From assembly GCA_040005235.1 (NCBI GenBank), contig JBDTZG010000029.1, positions 1 to 64,000 of the forward strand: a stretch of 64,000 nucleotides of DNA, read 5' to 3'. A program made the position numbers and the translations under genes. The first letter of the stretch is position 1, and every line of letters starts with the position of its first letter. The DNA comes from Acidobacteriota bacterium (GTDB taxonomy: Bacteria; Acidobacteriota; Thermoanaerobaculia; Multivoradales; UBA5704). Below the pieces are notes generated by a model that saw nothing but the letters and a program-made list of their open reading frames with translations, had not been told where the DNA came from and did not search any database. Below, one piece after another: positions 1 to 9,676 of this stretch.

Positions 1-314
1 AGCATCTCGGCGTCTACATCCAGACGGAAGAGAGCCTGCGCGAGATCGGCGGCGAGGGCGGCCGGGAAGATCTGGCCGGTCTCGACCAGATCCTCGCCAA
101 GACGATCGACGAGCTCGATCTGTCGGTGCGCTCGGCCAATTCGCTCAAGAACGCCAACATCCACAATCTGCGCGATCTGGTCCGGCGCACGGAAAAAGAG
201 ATGTTGGAGACCAAGAACTTCGGCCGTAAATCCCTTGAAGAGGTCCAGGAAGTCTTGGACAAGTTGGGCCTCTCGCTTGGGATGAACGTGTCGTCCAGCG
301 GCGCGTCCGCCTAG
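1..314 (+). CDS. rpoA: RNA polymerase alpha subunit, C-terminal part (5' end outside window)
   Basis: Frame from base 3 reads ...[49 protein letters not shown], the alpha-CTD signature; directly upstream of rplQ. Confidence 0.97.
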   Translation, partial: HLGVYIQTEESLREIGGEGGREDLAGLDQILAKTIDELDLSVRSANSLKNANIHNLRDLVRRTEKEMLETKNFGRKSLEEVQEVLDKLGLSLGMNVSSSGASA

Positions 315-322
315 GAGCAGTC

Positions 323-865
323 ATGCGTCACGCGTACAGAGGTTCGCGGCTCGGGCGGAGCACGGCGCACCGGCAGGCCTTGTTCAAGAACCAGATCCAG
401 TCCTTGATGCTGGCGGAGCGGATCATCACCACGCTGCCGAAAGCCAAGGAAATCCGGCCGCTCGCCGAACGGGTGATCACCCGAGGCAAGCAGGGCACCA
501 TCCACGCGCGCCGCTGGGCGTTGCGTTGGCTGGGCAGCCGCGACCTGGTGAAGAAGGTGTTCGACGACATCGCCCCGCGGTTCGCCGAGCGTCCGGGCGG
601 CTATCTCCGGATCGTCAAGCTCGGACCGCGCCCCGGCGACGGTGCCGAGATGGCGTTGATCGAAATGGTCGACAAGGCGGCGGACGCTCCGGCCCCGGCC
701 CCCCCGAAGCCCGCGAAAGCGAAGAAGCCGGCGGCCCCGAAGAAGAAGGCCTCCGACGAAGCGCCGAAGGAGCGGGGCAAAAAGGAGCCGAAAGCCCAAC
801 CGACCGGGCGCTCGAAGCCGGCCGGAAGTGGCTCTAAGTCGTCGCCACGAAAGATGGGCTCGTAA
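323..865 (+). CDS. rplQ: 50S ribosomal protein L17 with Lys/Ala/Pro-rich C-terminal extension
   Basis: MRH...LGRSTAHRQAL, ITTTLPKAKE and RPGGYLRIVK motifs; AGGAG SD; follows rpoA. Confidence 0.97.
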   Translation: MRHAYRGSRLGRSTAHRQALFKNQIQSLMLAERIITTLPKAKEIRPLAERVITRGKQGTIHARRWALRWLGSRDLVKKVFDDIAPRFAERPGGYLRIVKLGPRPGDGAEMALIEMVDKAADAPAPAPPKPAKAKKPAAPKKKASDEAPKERGKKEPKAQPTGRSKPAGSGSKSSPRKMGS

Positions 866-895
866 AGTCGCCTCCGCATCTGAGGGTTGTTCTTG

Positions 896-925
896 GGGTC
901 AGCGGTTTTACCGCTGGCCCTTTTT
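896..925 (+). terminator. Rho-independent terminator of the alpha operon
   Basis: gggtcagcggt-ttt-accgctggccc stem followed by ttttt. Confidence 0.8.
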
Positions 926-1014
926 GCGTTTGATACGCTGCCTCAAAAGACCGTGTCGCTCAACGGAGAGCCGAGAGTCCGGGTCTATCGCGGAGTACCC
1001 TGCACCCTACGGTC

Positions 1015-4000
1015 ATGACGCTCATGCTGATCACTTCGAGGACTTTCATGCGCAGAATCGCTCCACTCGCCTGCCTTCTCGCCTGGGTGGCCGTTTCCTC
1101 CGTGCTCTCGGCGCAGGCAACCGCCGCCTCTATCGATCCGAAGGCACTGCTCGCAGAAATCGACGCCGCGGCCCTCCAGCCGGAAAAGGCGGTGATGCTA
1201 AAGAAGGTGAAGCTCGCGGCGGGTCTCGCGACTCTCACGCTCGAAGGGAAGCTGATCCCCGTATCGCCGGCAGGGGGCCAGGTGCGCGAACTGGTCTTCT
1301 TCGGCCAGGGGCGCATCGAGCTGCCGGCACCCGACGAGATCGAGGCGGGGCAACTGGAGCTGTTCACCGGCGCACCCGCGATCGACGAGTCGTTCGATCA
1401 GGCGGTGCTGGTGTTCGGACTCGACCGGGCGGTCGAAGCGTTGCTCAAGCGCCCCGCGGCCGTCCTCGACGACGCTGAAGCCAAGAAGGCGCGAGATGCC
1501 TATGAGAAGTGGAAGAAGGGACCGGAGCGCGAGCTTTTGGACATTCGCGGTGCGATCTGGTCCGACGCATTGGGTGACGCTCCGTACCAGAATCTGTTTG
1601 CCGGTCGCTTCCACGGGCTCGAGCGGGGCGATTTTCTCTATCTCGTCGATCCGCAGTCCGACGAGCAGGTGACGCTTGGCCAGTTCGTGCCGATCGAGGC
1701 TACCGAGAAAGAGAAGCGGAAGATCATCCGCCAGCTGGCCCGCGAGCAGCGCCGGGGAAGGCTGATTGGCGTCGAGTTGGACGACCTGGGCCAGTGGGAT
1801 ACCTGGCTTTCCTCTTCCCTGCGCACCAAAGAGGGTTTGGCCGTGCCGGGCGCGGCGGCCTTCGAGCCGGTGCGCTACACGCTCGACGTCACGGTCGAAG
1901 ATCCAATCGAGAAGCTTCATGGAGTGGCGAAGATCGATCTCAAGCCGGTCCTCCCTGGTGTGCGCACGGTCGAGATCCGCCTACCGCGCGATTTCGAGGT
2001 CCGCACGATCAAACTCGGAGACGCAAACCTCCCGTTCGAGCGATCGGGCACGAACCTGACCGCCGTGCTGCCGGAGGTTCCTTCGCCCGATGGCACGGTG
2101 ACGATCGCCGTCGACTACAGCGGGATCGCGATCGGAGGAGATGCCAGGTCATACGCTCTCCGCGACACCCAGAACTGGTATCCGCACGTCGGCGTGGTCG
2201 ATCGCGCGACCTACGAGGCGACTTTCCACTGGCCGCAGAGGTTCGATCTGCTCGCCCCGGGCCACCGGTTGGAAGGCGGCGAGACCGGAGGCCTCAAATG
2301 GGAGCGTCATCGACTCGACTTGGCGACCTGGGGCTACACCTTCGAGTTGGGCAAATTTTCGGTCGAACAGCGCCAGGTCGGTCACGTCAAGGTGACACTG
2401 GCGTTCGATCCTTCCGGGAAGAGCCAGGGGTACGCCAGCCGCAAGTTGATCGGCGACACGGTCGCCGAAGCGCTCGGATATTTCGAAACGACGTTCGGCC
2501 CTTATCCACTCGACGAATTGACCGTCTCGACGATTCCGCGCTCGTTTTCGCAGTCCATGCTCGGATTCATCACCCTCTCCGACCTGATGATGCTCGACAC
2601 GTCGTTCTGGACCCTGATCCTCGGCTTTGAGGATCGCCGCACGGTGATCGCCCACGAAATGGCGCACCAATGGTGGGGTCATCGGGTCAGCTGGGCGAGC
2701 GACCGGGACGTCTGGCTTTCGGAGGCGATGGCGAATTATTCCGCGCTGCTCTACCAGGACGAAAAGATCGAGCCCGCCACGGGGAAGAAAGTCGATCGGA
2801 AGAACCGGCGCGAGGACGTGCTGGTCGGCCCGACCGCCGGTTGGCAGGCGGCGCTCACGGATACGCTACCAGACCAGCGCGCGATCGATTCGGTCGGACC
2901 GGTGGTCCTGGGGAGCCGTCTCTTCTCCAGCCGAACCAATAGCGCCTACGAGCCGATCGTCTACAAGAAAGGCGCGGTGATCTTGGACATGCTGGCGCGT
3001 TCCTTAGGCGAGGACAACTTCCCCAAGGTCCTCCACGAGGTGGTGCGCGCGGTCAACGGGAGAACGATCTCGACCCGTGAATTCTTCGAGCTGATCGAGA
3101 AGATCACGGGCACCCATTTGGATGCCTTCGTCTCGCGATTCGTCGAAGGGACGGGCTTGCCCGAGGTCTACTACACCTACAAGTTCCAGAAGGAAGGGGA
3201 AGGCAAATGGCGGGTCCAGGGCGAGGCGCGGATCGAGACGCCCTACCGCTTCCGTTACCGGGCGGTTCCTGCGGGTTCGGGTTTCGATGTCACTCGCGAG
3301 CGGCTGGATACGATCCGCGATCTTTCCGGCCTCGCGTTCATCGTTCCGGTGCAGGTCTCGTTCTACGACCCGGCCCGCGATGAGGCGAAGTGGAAGAAGA
3401 GCTCGGATCCGAACGCATTGCTCAAGGGACGCATGGTGTTGCGCGGCGAGCGGGTGCCGATCGACATTCCGCTCGATTTCGAACCTCGCCGATTCTGGCT
3501 CGACAAAGACCAGCGGGTCTACGGTCGGTTCTTCGACGAGAGCCTCCGGCCGAAGCGCACCCTGTGCTACCGCGGCGAAGATCAGGCCGCGGCCGGCAGG
3601 TTGGACGAAGCAGCCCAGCTCTTTTCCCAAGCGCAGTCGGCCGAGGTCTGGAGTGGCGATCCGGACGACAAACCGAGCAACAGCGATCTGAGAACCGAAT
3701 CGCGGGAATTCGACAGCCGGATTCAGCTCGGGCTCGCCCGCATCGCCCTCGACCGCGGCCAGGACGCCGAGGCGCAAGCCGCGCTCGACAAGGCGAGGAA
3801 GACGCTCAATTCGGTCACCGGCAGCTGGGCCGACGAGGACATTCGAGTCATCGAATCCCGGCTGGACCTCCGCCGCGGCGACTTCGACCGCGCTTTCAAG
3901 CGACTGAACAAAGCGCTGCTCAAGAGAGAAGACAGTGACGCTACGGAAGCCTACGTCCTCCTCGCGATTGCGGCCCAAAAGACCGGCCACGCCGAGGAGC

Positions 4001-4062
4001 TAAAAAAGGCGAAAGATGCGGTGAAGGAGTCGGGTTCGGATTTGTCGGCGCTCGGGAACTGA
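1015..4062 (+). CDS. Secreted M1-family (gluzincin) aminopeptidase with C-terminal TPR-like helices
   Basis: Signal peptide; HEMAHQWWG followed by WLSEAMANY (HExxH-18-E); YKKGAVIL motif; start may be 1048. Confidence 0.85.
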   Translation: MTLMLITSRTFMRRIAPLACLLAWVAVSSVLSAQATAASIDPKALLAEIDAAALQPEKAVMLKKVKLAAGLATLTLEGKLIPVSPAGGQVRELVFFGQGRIELPAPDEIEAGQLELFTGAPAIDESFDQAVLVFGLDRAVEALLKRPAAVLDDAEAKKARDAYEKWKKGPERELLDIRGAIWSDALGDAPYQNLFAGRFHGLERGDFLYLVDPQSDEQVTLGQFVPIEATEKEKRKIIRQLAREQRRGRLIGVELDDLGQWDTWLSSSLRTKEGLAVPGAAAFEPVRYTLDVTVEDPIEKLHGVAKIDLKPVLPGVRTVEIRLPRDFEVRTIKLGDANLPFERSGTNLTAVLPEVPSPDGTVTIAVDYSGIAIGGDARSYALRDTQNWYPHVGVVDRATYEATFHWPQRFDLLAPGHRLEGGETGGLKWERHRLDLATWGYTFELGKFSVEQRQVGHVKVTLAFDPSGKSQGYASRKLIGDTVAEALGYFETTFGPYPLDELTVSTIPRSFSQSMLGFITLSDLMMLDTSFWTLILGFEDRRTVIAHEMAHQWWGHRVSWASDRDVWLSEAMANYSALLYQDEKIEPATGKKVDRKNRREDVLVGPTAGWQAALTDTLPDQRAIDSVGPVVLGSRLFSSRTNSAYEPIVYKKGAVILDMLARSLGEDNFPKVLHEVVRAVNGRTISTREFFELIEKITGTHLDAFVSRFVEGTGLPEVYYTYKFQKEGEGKWRVQGEARIETPYRFRYRAVPAGSGFDVTRERLDTIRDLSGLAFIVPVQVSFYDPARDEAKWKKSSDPNALLKGRMVLRGERVPIDIPLDFEPRRFWLDKDQRVYGRFFDESLRPKRTLCYRGEDQAAAGRLDEAAQLFSQAQSAEVWSGDPDDKPSNSDLRTESREFDSRIQLGLARIALDRGQDAEAQAALDKARKTLNSVTGSWADEDIRVIESRLDLRRGDFDRAFKRLNKALLKREDSDATEAYVLLAIAAQKTGHAEELKKAKDAVKESGSDLSALGN

Positions 4063-4127
4063 ACCCGCAGTTGCCCTACCCGCGCGGCTCTGCCAGGATT
4101 CCCGCTCCTTACCCAGGGGAGCACCTC

Positions 4128-5807
4128 ATGCCGAGCTTTTCGCGCCGCGCCTTCGCGGCGCTGCCCGCCGTTCTGATCGCCTTCGGCTGCGCCGCGTCGG
4201 CGGCGTTCGCAGCACCCCCTGCCGCCAAAGCACCCAAGGCACCAGAGACGAAGACCGAGAAAAAGAAAGACGAATCGATCCAGCCCGCGCCCGCGCGGCG
4301 GGCGGACGAGGGTATGGGGCCCTACGATCGTCTGATCCTCCGCGGCGCCATCCTGATTGATGGCACGGGCGCTCCACCGGTCGGTCCGGTGGACATCGTG
4401 ATCGAGAAGAATCGGATCGCGGATGTCGAGATCGTCGGCAGTCCGGGTGTCGCGATCGATCCGGAGAAACGGCCGAAGGCCAAGCCGGCCGATCAGGAGA
4501 TGGACCTTTCCGGCATGTATATTCTGCCCGGTTTCGTCGACATGCATGGTCACATCGGGGGCACGGAACAGGGTACGCCGGCCGAGTACGTCTACAAGCT
4601 TTGGATGGGGCACGGGATCACCACGATCCGCGATCCGGGGAGCGGCAACGGGCTCGACTGGGTCCTCTCCGAGCAGGCGCGGAGCGCCAAGAACGAGATC
4701 GTGGCGCCGCGCATTCACCCTTATGTGACCTTCGGCCAGGGGCGCGACGAGCCATTCACCACTCCCGAGGAAGCGCGAGCCTGGGTCCGCTCGGCGGCGA
4801 AGAAGGGAGCCGAAGGCCTCAAGTTCTTCGGCGCCCGACCGGATCTCATGCGCGCGGGCGTAGAAGAGGCGAAGAAACTGGGCCTGCGCTCCGCCTGCCA
4901 CCACGCCCAGCTTTTCGTCTCCCGCGTCAACGTGCTCGATTCCGCCCGCTGGGGACTCACCTCGATGGAGCACTGGTACGGTCTGCCCGAAGCCCTGTTC
5001 GTCGATCGGACGATCCAGAACTATCCGGTCGATTACAACTACGCCGACGAGTCCGATCGGTTCAGCGAGGCCGGACGCCTCTGGCAGCAGGCGGCGCCGC
5101 GCGGCTCGGATCGGTGGAAGGCGGTGATCGACGAGCTGGTGAAGCTCGATTTCACCATCGACCCTACCCTTACGATCTACGAAGCGAACCGCGATCTGAT
5201 GCGCGCCCGGCGCGCCGAGTGGCACGAGGAATACACGCTCCCTTCGCTCTGGGATTTCTACGCGCCGAGCCGCAAATCTCACGGTTCCTACTGGTTCGCC
5301 TGGGGCACCGAGCAGGAGGTGGCCTGGAAGGAGAACTACCGGATCTGGATGTCCTTCCTGCTCGACTTCAAGAATGCGGGCGGCCGGGTGACCACCGGTT
5401 CGGACAGCGGCTTCATCTACAAGCTCTACGGCTTCGACTACATCCGCGAGCTGGAGCTGCTGCGCGAGGCGGGGTTCCATCCGCTCGAAGTGATCCGCTC
5501 CGCGACCCTTCTCGGCGCCCAGGCGCTCGGTGTTGCCGACCAGATCGGCAGCGTCGAGCCCGGTAAGCTCGCGGACCTGGTGGTCGTCGGCGCAAATCCG
5601 ATCGAGAACCTTCAGGTGCTCTACGGCACCGGGGCGATCCACCTGAACGATCGGAACGAAGTGGTTCGCGAGGGGGGAGTCCGCTACACGATCAAGGATG
5701 GCATCGTCTACGACGCCAAGCAGCTGCTCGCCGACGTGCGAGGCATGGTCCGCAAGGCGAAAGACGAGGCGAAACAGGAGATCGTCCAGCCCGGGATGGT
5801 GAAATAG
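4128..5807 (+). CDS. Amidohydrolase-family protein, exported (twin-Arg-like signal)
   Basis: PGFVDMHGH metal motif, GSDSG, GSVEPGKLADLVV; SRRAF signal; GGGGAG SD before ATG 4128. Confidence 0.85.
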   Translation: MPSFSRRAFAALPAVLIAFGCAASAAFAAPPAAKAPKAPETKTEKKKDESIQPAPARRADEGMGPYDRLILRGAILIDGTGAPPVGPVDIVIEKNRIADVEIVGSPGVAIDPEKRPKAKPADQEMDLSGMYILPGFVDMHGHIGGTEQGTPAEYVYKLWMGHGITTIRDPGSGNGLDWVLSEQARSAKNEIVAPRIHPYVTFGQGRDEPFTTPEEARAWVRSAAKKGAEGLKFFGARPDLMRAGVEEAKKLGLRSACHHAQLFVSRVNVLDSARWGLTSMEHWYGLPEALFVDRTIQNYPVDYNYADESDRFSEAGRLWQQAAPRGSDRWKAVIDELVKLDFTIDPTLTIYEANRDLMRARRAEWHEEYTLPSLWDFYAPSRKSHGSYWFAWGTEQEVAWKENYRIWMSFLLDFKNAGGRVTTGSDSGFIYKLYGFDYIRELELLREAGFHPLEVIRSATLLGAQALGVADQIGSVEPGKLADLVVVGANPIENLQVLYGTGAIHLNDRNEVVREGGVRYTIKDGIVYDAKQLLADVRGMVRKAKDEAKQEIVQPGMVK

Positions 5808-5924
5808 AGGGGCCGAGAAGGCGGGGAGGCTCACCTGGTCGTCGGTTCTCCGTCGGGGTTCGAGATCCCTCTTCAACATCCGGGAGCCAACGTCTGCCAC
5901 AATCGGCGGCCAGGAGGACCACCG

Positions 5925-6593
5925 ATGAAGAAAGCCCAAAGCCTCTCGCTCGGTACGCTCGCCACTCTCGCCGCCCTTTCCGCCTTCGCTTGCCTCTCGC
6001 AACCTTCCTTCGCTCTCGATCCCGTTCGCAAGATCACCGAGAACTTTCAAGTCGGATCGGCGCCGAAGGTTCAGACCAAGCTCAAGTCCGGCGACTTGAT
6101 CGTCGAAGGATGGGACGGCCCGGACGTTCAGGCGGTGATCAACCTGGGTTGCCTGGAGGGAACCCCCAGCGATGTGTGCAAGAAGGCGACCGACGGAGTG
6201 AGCCTCGCCTGGTCGCGGACCAACGCCCAAGTGCTGGTGCGGGTGAAAGGTGCGACCGGTTGGCGCGCGCGCAAGCTGTGGATCGAGGCCCGTTTCAAGG
6301 TGCCGGCGCATGTTCCGCTAGAGGTCGAGTCGGTCAATGGCGAGGTCCAGGTCTCCGGCATGCTGAACGACGTGGAAGCCGATTCCGGTAGCGGCGACAT
6401 CACGATCACTCAAAGCAAAGCCTCGGTCGGACCGCTCCACGTCGACGTCGGTGCGGGCAAAGCGGAGCTTTGGGTGAGCGGCGGCAAAATCGAAGGGAGC
6501 GGTTTGCTCCGCTCGATCAACTGGACGGGTACCGGCAGGGCGAAGATCGAAGTCGACATCGGCGCGGGAGACGCCGTGGTGCGCTTGGACTAG
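5925..6593 (+). CDS. Secreted beta-repeat protein (DUF4097/putative adhesin-like)
   Basis: Signal peptide; repeated SGD/NGE/GAG beta-helix-type segments; AGGAGG SD. Confidence 0.6.
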   Translation: MKKAQSLSLGTLATLAALSAFACLSQPSFALDPVRKITENFQVGSAPKVQTKLKSGDLIVEGWDGPDVQAVINLGCLEGTPSDVCKKATDGVSLAWSRTNAQVLVRVKGATGWRARKLWIEARFKVPAHVPLEVESVNGEVQVSGMLNDVEADSGSGDITITQSKASVGPLHVDVGAGKAELWVSGGKIEGSGLLRSINWTGTGRAKIEVDIGAGDAVVRLD

Positions 6594-6668
6594 ACACTCG
6601 GCAGCTCCGGGCCTGTTAGACTTCCGTCGTTCCGTGCCGTATCGCCCCTGCCGAAGGAGAGCTTCGCC

Positions 6669-7640
6669 ATGACCGCAACTCGTCGCAAGATTCCCAGTGT
6701 CAACCTGGACGACTACCGCTCGGGCACGAGCGAACAACGGGCGCGGATGATCGAGACGCTCGGCGGGGGGCTGGTCGAGTTCGGCTTTCTAAACGTCGAG
6801 GCGCACGGCATCGAGCCGACGCTGATCCGCCGGACCTACGACCTCTGGAAGGAGTTCTTCGAGCTGCCCGACGAGGTCAAGAAGCGTTACGTCGGGGGTA
6901 CCGGCGGAGCCCGCGGCTATACGCCGTTCGGCGTCGAGCATGCGAAAAACAACCCGACGCCGGATCTCAAGGAGTTCTACCACGTGGGCCAGGAGCCGGA
7001 TTCCGCAGCGGCGTTGCCCGACGGACATCCGGCCAAAGAGGTCTATCCGGCGAACGTCTGGCCTGAGGCCATCCCCGAGATTCACGAGCCGACGGTCCAC
7101 CTGTTCCGCCGCCTGGAGGAAACCGCCGCGACGCTTCTTGAGGCCCTCGCCGAGTATTTCGGCCTGCCGCGCCGCCAGTTCGCCGACATGGCGGTGAACG
7201 GCAACAGCCTCCTGCGCATCCTGCACTACCCCGCCGTGCCGCAGGGCATTCCGGCAGGTGCCGTACGCGCTGCGGCCCATGAGGACATCAATCTGATCAC
7301 TCTGCTCTGCGAAGCGACGGACTCAGGGTTAGAGATCTTCACCCGCGAGGGCGAATGGATGGCGGTCGAGACCGGTCCGGGCGAGATCGTGGTCGATGCG
7401 GGCGACATGCTGTCGCGTCACCTGAACGAAGTCGTCCCCGCCACGACCCACCGGGTGGTGAATCCCGGCGACACGAGCCGCGAGCGCTACTCGATGCCGT
7501 TCTTCGTCCATCCTTACTCGGGCGCCGACCTCACCATCCACCCGCGCTTCGTGACCGAGGACCGCCCGGCAAAATATCCGCCGATCACCGCCGGCCAGTT
7601 CCTGGAGCAGCGCCTGATCGAGATCGGGCTCAAGAAGTAG
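6669..7640 (+). CDS. 2OG-Fe(II) oxygenase, isopenicillin N synthase family
   Basis: HEDINLITLL (HxD), THRV and RYS motifs; GARGY; DLKEF. Confidence 0.9.
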   Translation: MTATRRKIPSVNLDDYRSGTSEQRARMIETLGGGLVEFGFLNVEAHGIEPTLIRRTYDLWKEFFELPDEVKKRYVGGTGGARGYTPFGVEHAKNNPTPDLKEFYHVGQEPDSAAALPDGHPAKEVYPANVWPEAIPEIHEPTVHLFRRLEETAATLLEALAEYFGLPRRQFADMAVNGNSLLRILHYPAVPQGIPAGAVRAAAHEDINLITLLCEATDSGLEIFTREGEWMAVETGPGEIVVDAGDMLSRHLNEVVPATTHRVVNPGDTSRERYSMPFFVHPYSGADLTIHPRFVTEDRPAKYPPITAGQFLEQRLIEIGLKK

Positions 7641-7647
7641 AAACGCC

Positions 7648-7686
7648 AAAACGCCGAGGCCCGAAACGGGCGCCCCGGCGTTTTTG
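7648..7686. terminator. Probable bidirectional terminator between convergent genes
   Basis: aaaacgccg...gcccg-aaa-cgggc...cggcgtttttg stem flanked by A and T runs. Confidence 0.65.
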
Positions 7687-7714
7687 AACGGATGGAAGAG
7701 ACTCGACAGGGTGC

Positions 7715-8230
7715 CTAGTTGCAGGCGTTAGGTGCGAGGGTCCCCAAAGTACAGCCGTCAAGGAAATTGACGTTGAGCACGTACTCCCCTTCGGAGCTGT
7801 CGTAGTCGGAGATTTCGAAGCAATAGTCGCCGGCGTCCACTTCGGTGGTGAAAATGTCGCCGCTGCCTCCGGCGAGCGTCGTGGTTCCGACGACGTCCGC
7901 CTCTTCGTTGCCCGTGTTCCAGACATAGAGGGTACCCGTGATGGCCACTCCCTTCGCGCCGAGGACCAGCAGGCCGGCGATGCTGTGTCGGATCTTCACC
8001 ACATCGCTGTCCCACTCGTCGATCTCATTGGCGTAGGTCGATGAGGAGGTAATGCTGTGGACCAGGTAGCTGCTGGAAGACCAATTCGCAAAAGCGTCGG
8101 CGCAGGTCGCCGCCGAAGCCGAGCGAGGCAGGACGAAAGCGCAGAGGGCGAGTGCGAGCAGAGCCGCGAAGAGACGGAGCGAGAAGCGGTTACGGCGGGT
8201 TTCGGACAGGTGGGTGGCGTTCGAAGACAT
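7715..8230 (-). CDS. Secreted protein with PPC-like beta-sandwich domain
   Basis: Signal peptide ending ASAA; AGDYCFEISDYDSSEGEYVLNV resembles a PPC domain end; GGAGA SD before ATG 8230. Confidence 0.55.
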   Translation of the reverse strand: MSSNATHLSETRRNRFSLRLFAALLALALCAFVLPRSASAATCADAFANWSSSSYLVHSITSSSTYANEIDEWDSDVVKIRHSIAGLLVLGAKGVAITGTLYVWNTGNEEADVVGTTTLAGGSGDIFTTEVDAGDYCFEISDYDSSEGEYVLNVNFLDGCTLGTLAPNACN

Positions 8231-8413
8231 GGAGTTCTCCCCTTTGGCGGGCCGATTTCGGCGCCGCGGCAAAACGTCAGTTGGTTTTGCGGTTTGGGGG
8301 ATCCCCTGATTTTGGTGGCGGTCCGCGTCCGCCTCCACACGCTTCTAACGCGCTGTTTTCGAGAATTGGCCGGATCGCGACATCCGGGCGGCGCAAACGC
8401 CTCTCCTTCGTGA

Positions 8414-9649
8414 TTGAATGGACAGACTTTGAAGGGCGAAAGCGTAGGTCGCGGCGCGGTCGAATCGTCCCGAGTATTCACGGCCTACGTGCGCGCCTCC
8501 GATCCCCAGGATCGCGACGTGGTGCCGGTTCTGGCCGAGCTGCGCCGGGCGCTCCGCGCCGAAATCAAGCGCCGAGGGCTGTGGGAGACTTCTCCGAGCT
8601 ATCTCGGCATCTACGGCGCCGAGAGGTGGCACGGGGGAACCGTGGCCGACTTCGCCCCCGGCCTCGGCGGCGGACCGCTCGATGAGCTGCTCGCCGACTG
8701 CTTCAGCTACATCTTCGTCGATCGCCTGCGTTCGCTATCGGCGCAGCTCAAGGTGAAGGACGACGTTGAGGGACTGGTCTACCTAAACGTCCGGCATTTC
8801 GTCCACGAGCGGCAGCGGGATTGCGATCCGCTCGGGACGCGCGTCTACCAGGTTCTGCACCGGGCGGTGCAGGCGGCGGTCGACGCGGGAGAGCTGGAAA
8901 TCCTCGCGGGCGATTCGCGGATTCGCAACGACACCCTCTTGACCTTCGACGCCGGAACCGAAGACGTTCCGGCCGACCAGCGTGCCGAACGCCTGGCCCG
9001 GCGGGTCGGGCGTTGGTGCGATGACCTGCTTCCCGATCTGGTCACCGCCACAGGCCGCCGCGAGGACCCCTTGGTCGAGCGCCTCCGGGCGCGCTTGCCG
9101 GAGTTGTGGGACGACGGCTTCAACGTTCTTCCGTTCCATGAGCTGATCGATCCTCTGAAAGCGGAGGTTCGGGGCCGGTGGGCGGCGATCCTCGGCAACG
9201 CCCGCGAACGACTGGGAATCGCCGGCCCTTCCGGTTCGCCGCCCGCCGGCCGCTCCGACGGGGGCGAAAGCGGCGACCTGGGAGAGCGTTTTGCGGCGGC
9301 CGATCCGGAGCCGCTGCCGGATCTAGCCTTCGAGCAACGCGACCGCTTCCGCGCCCTGGTCGCCTGCGTGGTCCGCGCGCTCGCCCAACTGCCCGGCGAC
9401 GAGCGGAGCCGGCGCACGATCGAAAAGCTCTGGGGATTCCTTCGCGTCTGGTCCGCGGAAGGGGGGCTGATGGGAGATCGCCTCCCTTCGAACCGGGAAC
9501 TCGCTTTACGCCTCGGCCTTCCCCGCGAGCGAATCCCCGATGCCATGGAGACGATCCGAAGTCTGATCGAAGGTTGTCGGACGTCGAAAGCGGGATCGCT
9601 CGGCCGCGATGTCAACCGGCCCGAGACCCCTCGGCCCGATTCACACTGA
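8414..9649 (+). CDS. Hypothetical protein, divergent sigma-factor-like with C-terminal HTH
   Basis: Long coding ORF; region-2-like LDELLADCFSYIF; C-terminal PSNRELALRLGLPRERI HTH; upstream of an anti-sigma-like gene. Confidence 0.5.
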   Translation: MNGQTLKGESVGRGAVESSRVFTAYVRASDPQDRDVVPVLAELRRALRAEIKRRGLWETSPSYLGIYGAERWHGGTVADFAPGLGGGPLDELLADCFSYIFVDRLRSLSAQLKVKDDVEGLVYLNVRHFVHERQRDCDPLGTRVYQVLHRAVQAAVDAGELEILAGDSRIRNDTLLTFDAGTEDVPADQRAERLARRVGRWCDDLLPDLVTATGRREDPLVERLRARLPELWDDGFNVLPFHELIDPLKAEVRGRWAAILGNARERLGIAGPSGSPPAGRSDGGESGDLGERFAAADPEPLPDLAFEQRDRFRALVACVVRALAQLPGDERSRRTIEKLWGFLRVWSAEGGLMGDRLPSNRELALRLGLPRERIPDAMETIRSLIEGCRTSKAGSLGRDVNRPETPRPDSH

Positions 9650-9676
9650 CCGCCCGGAAGAGACGAGAGAGACGCC

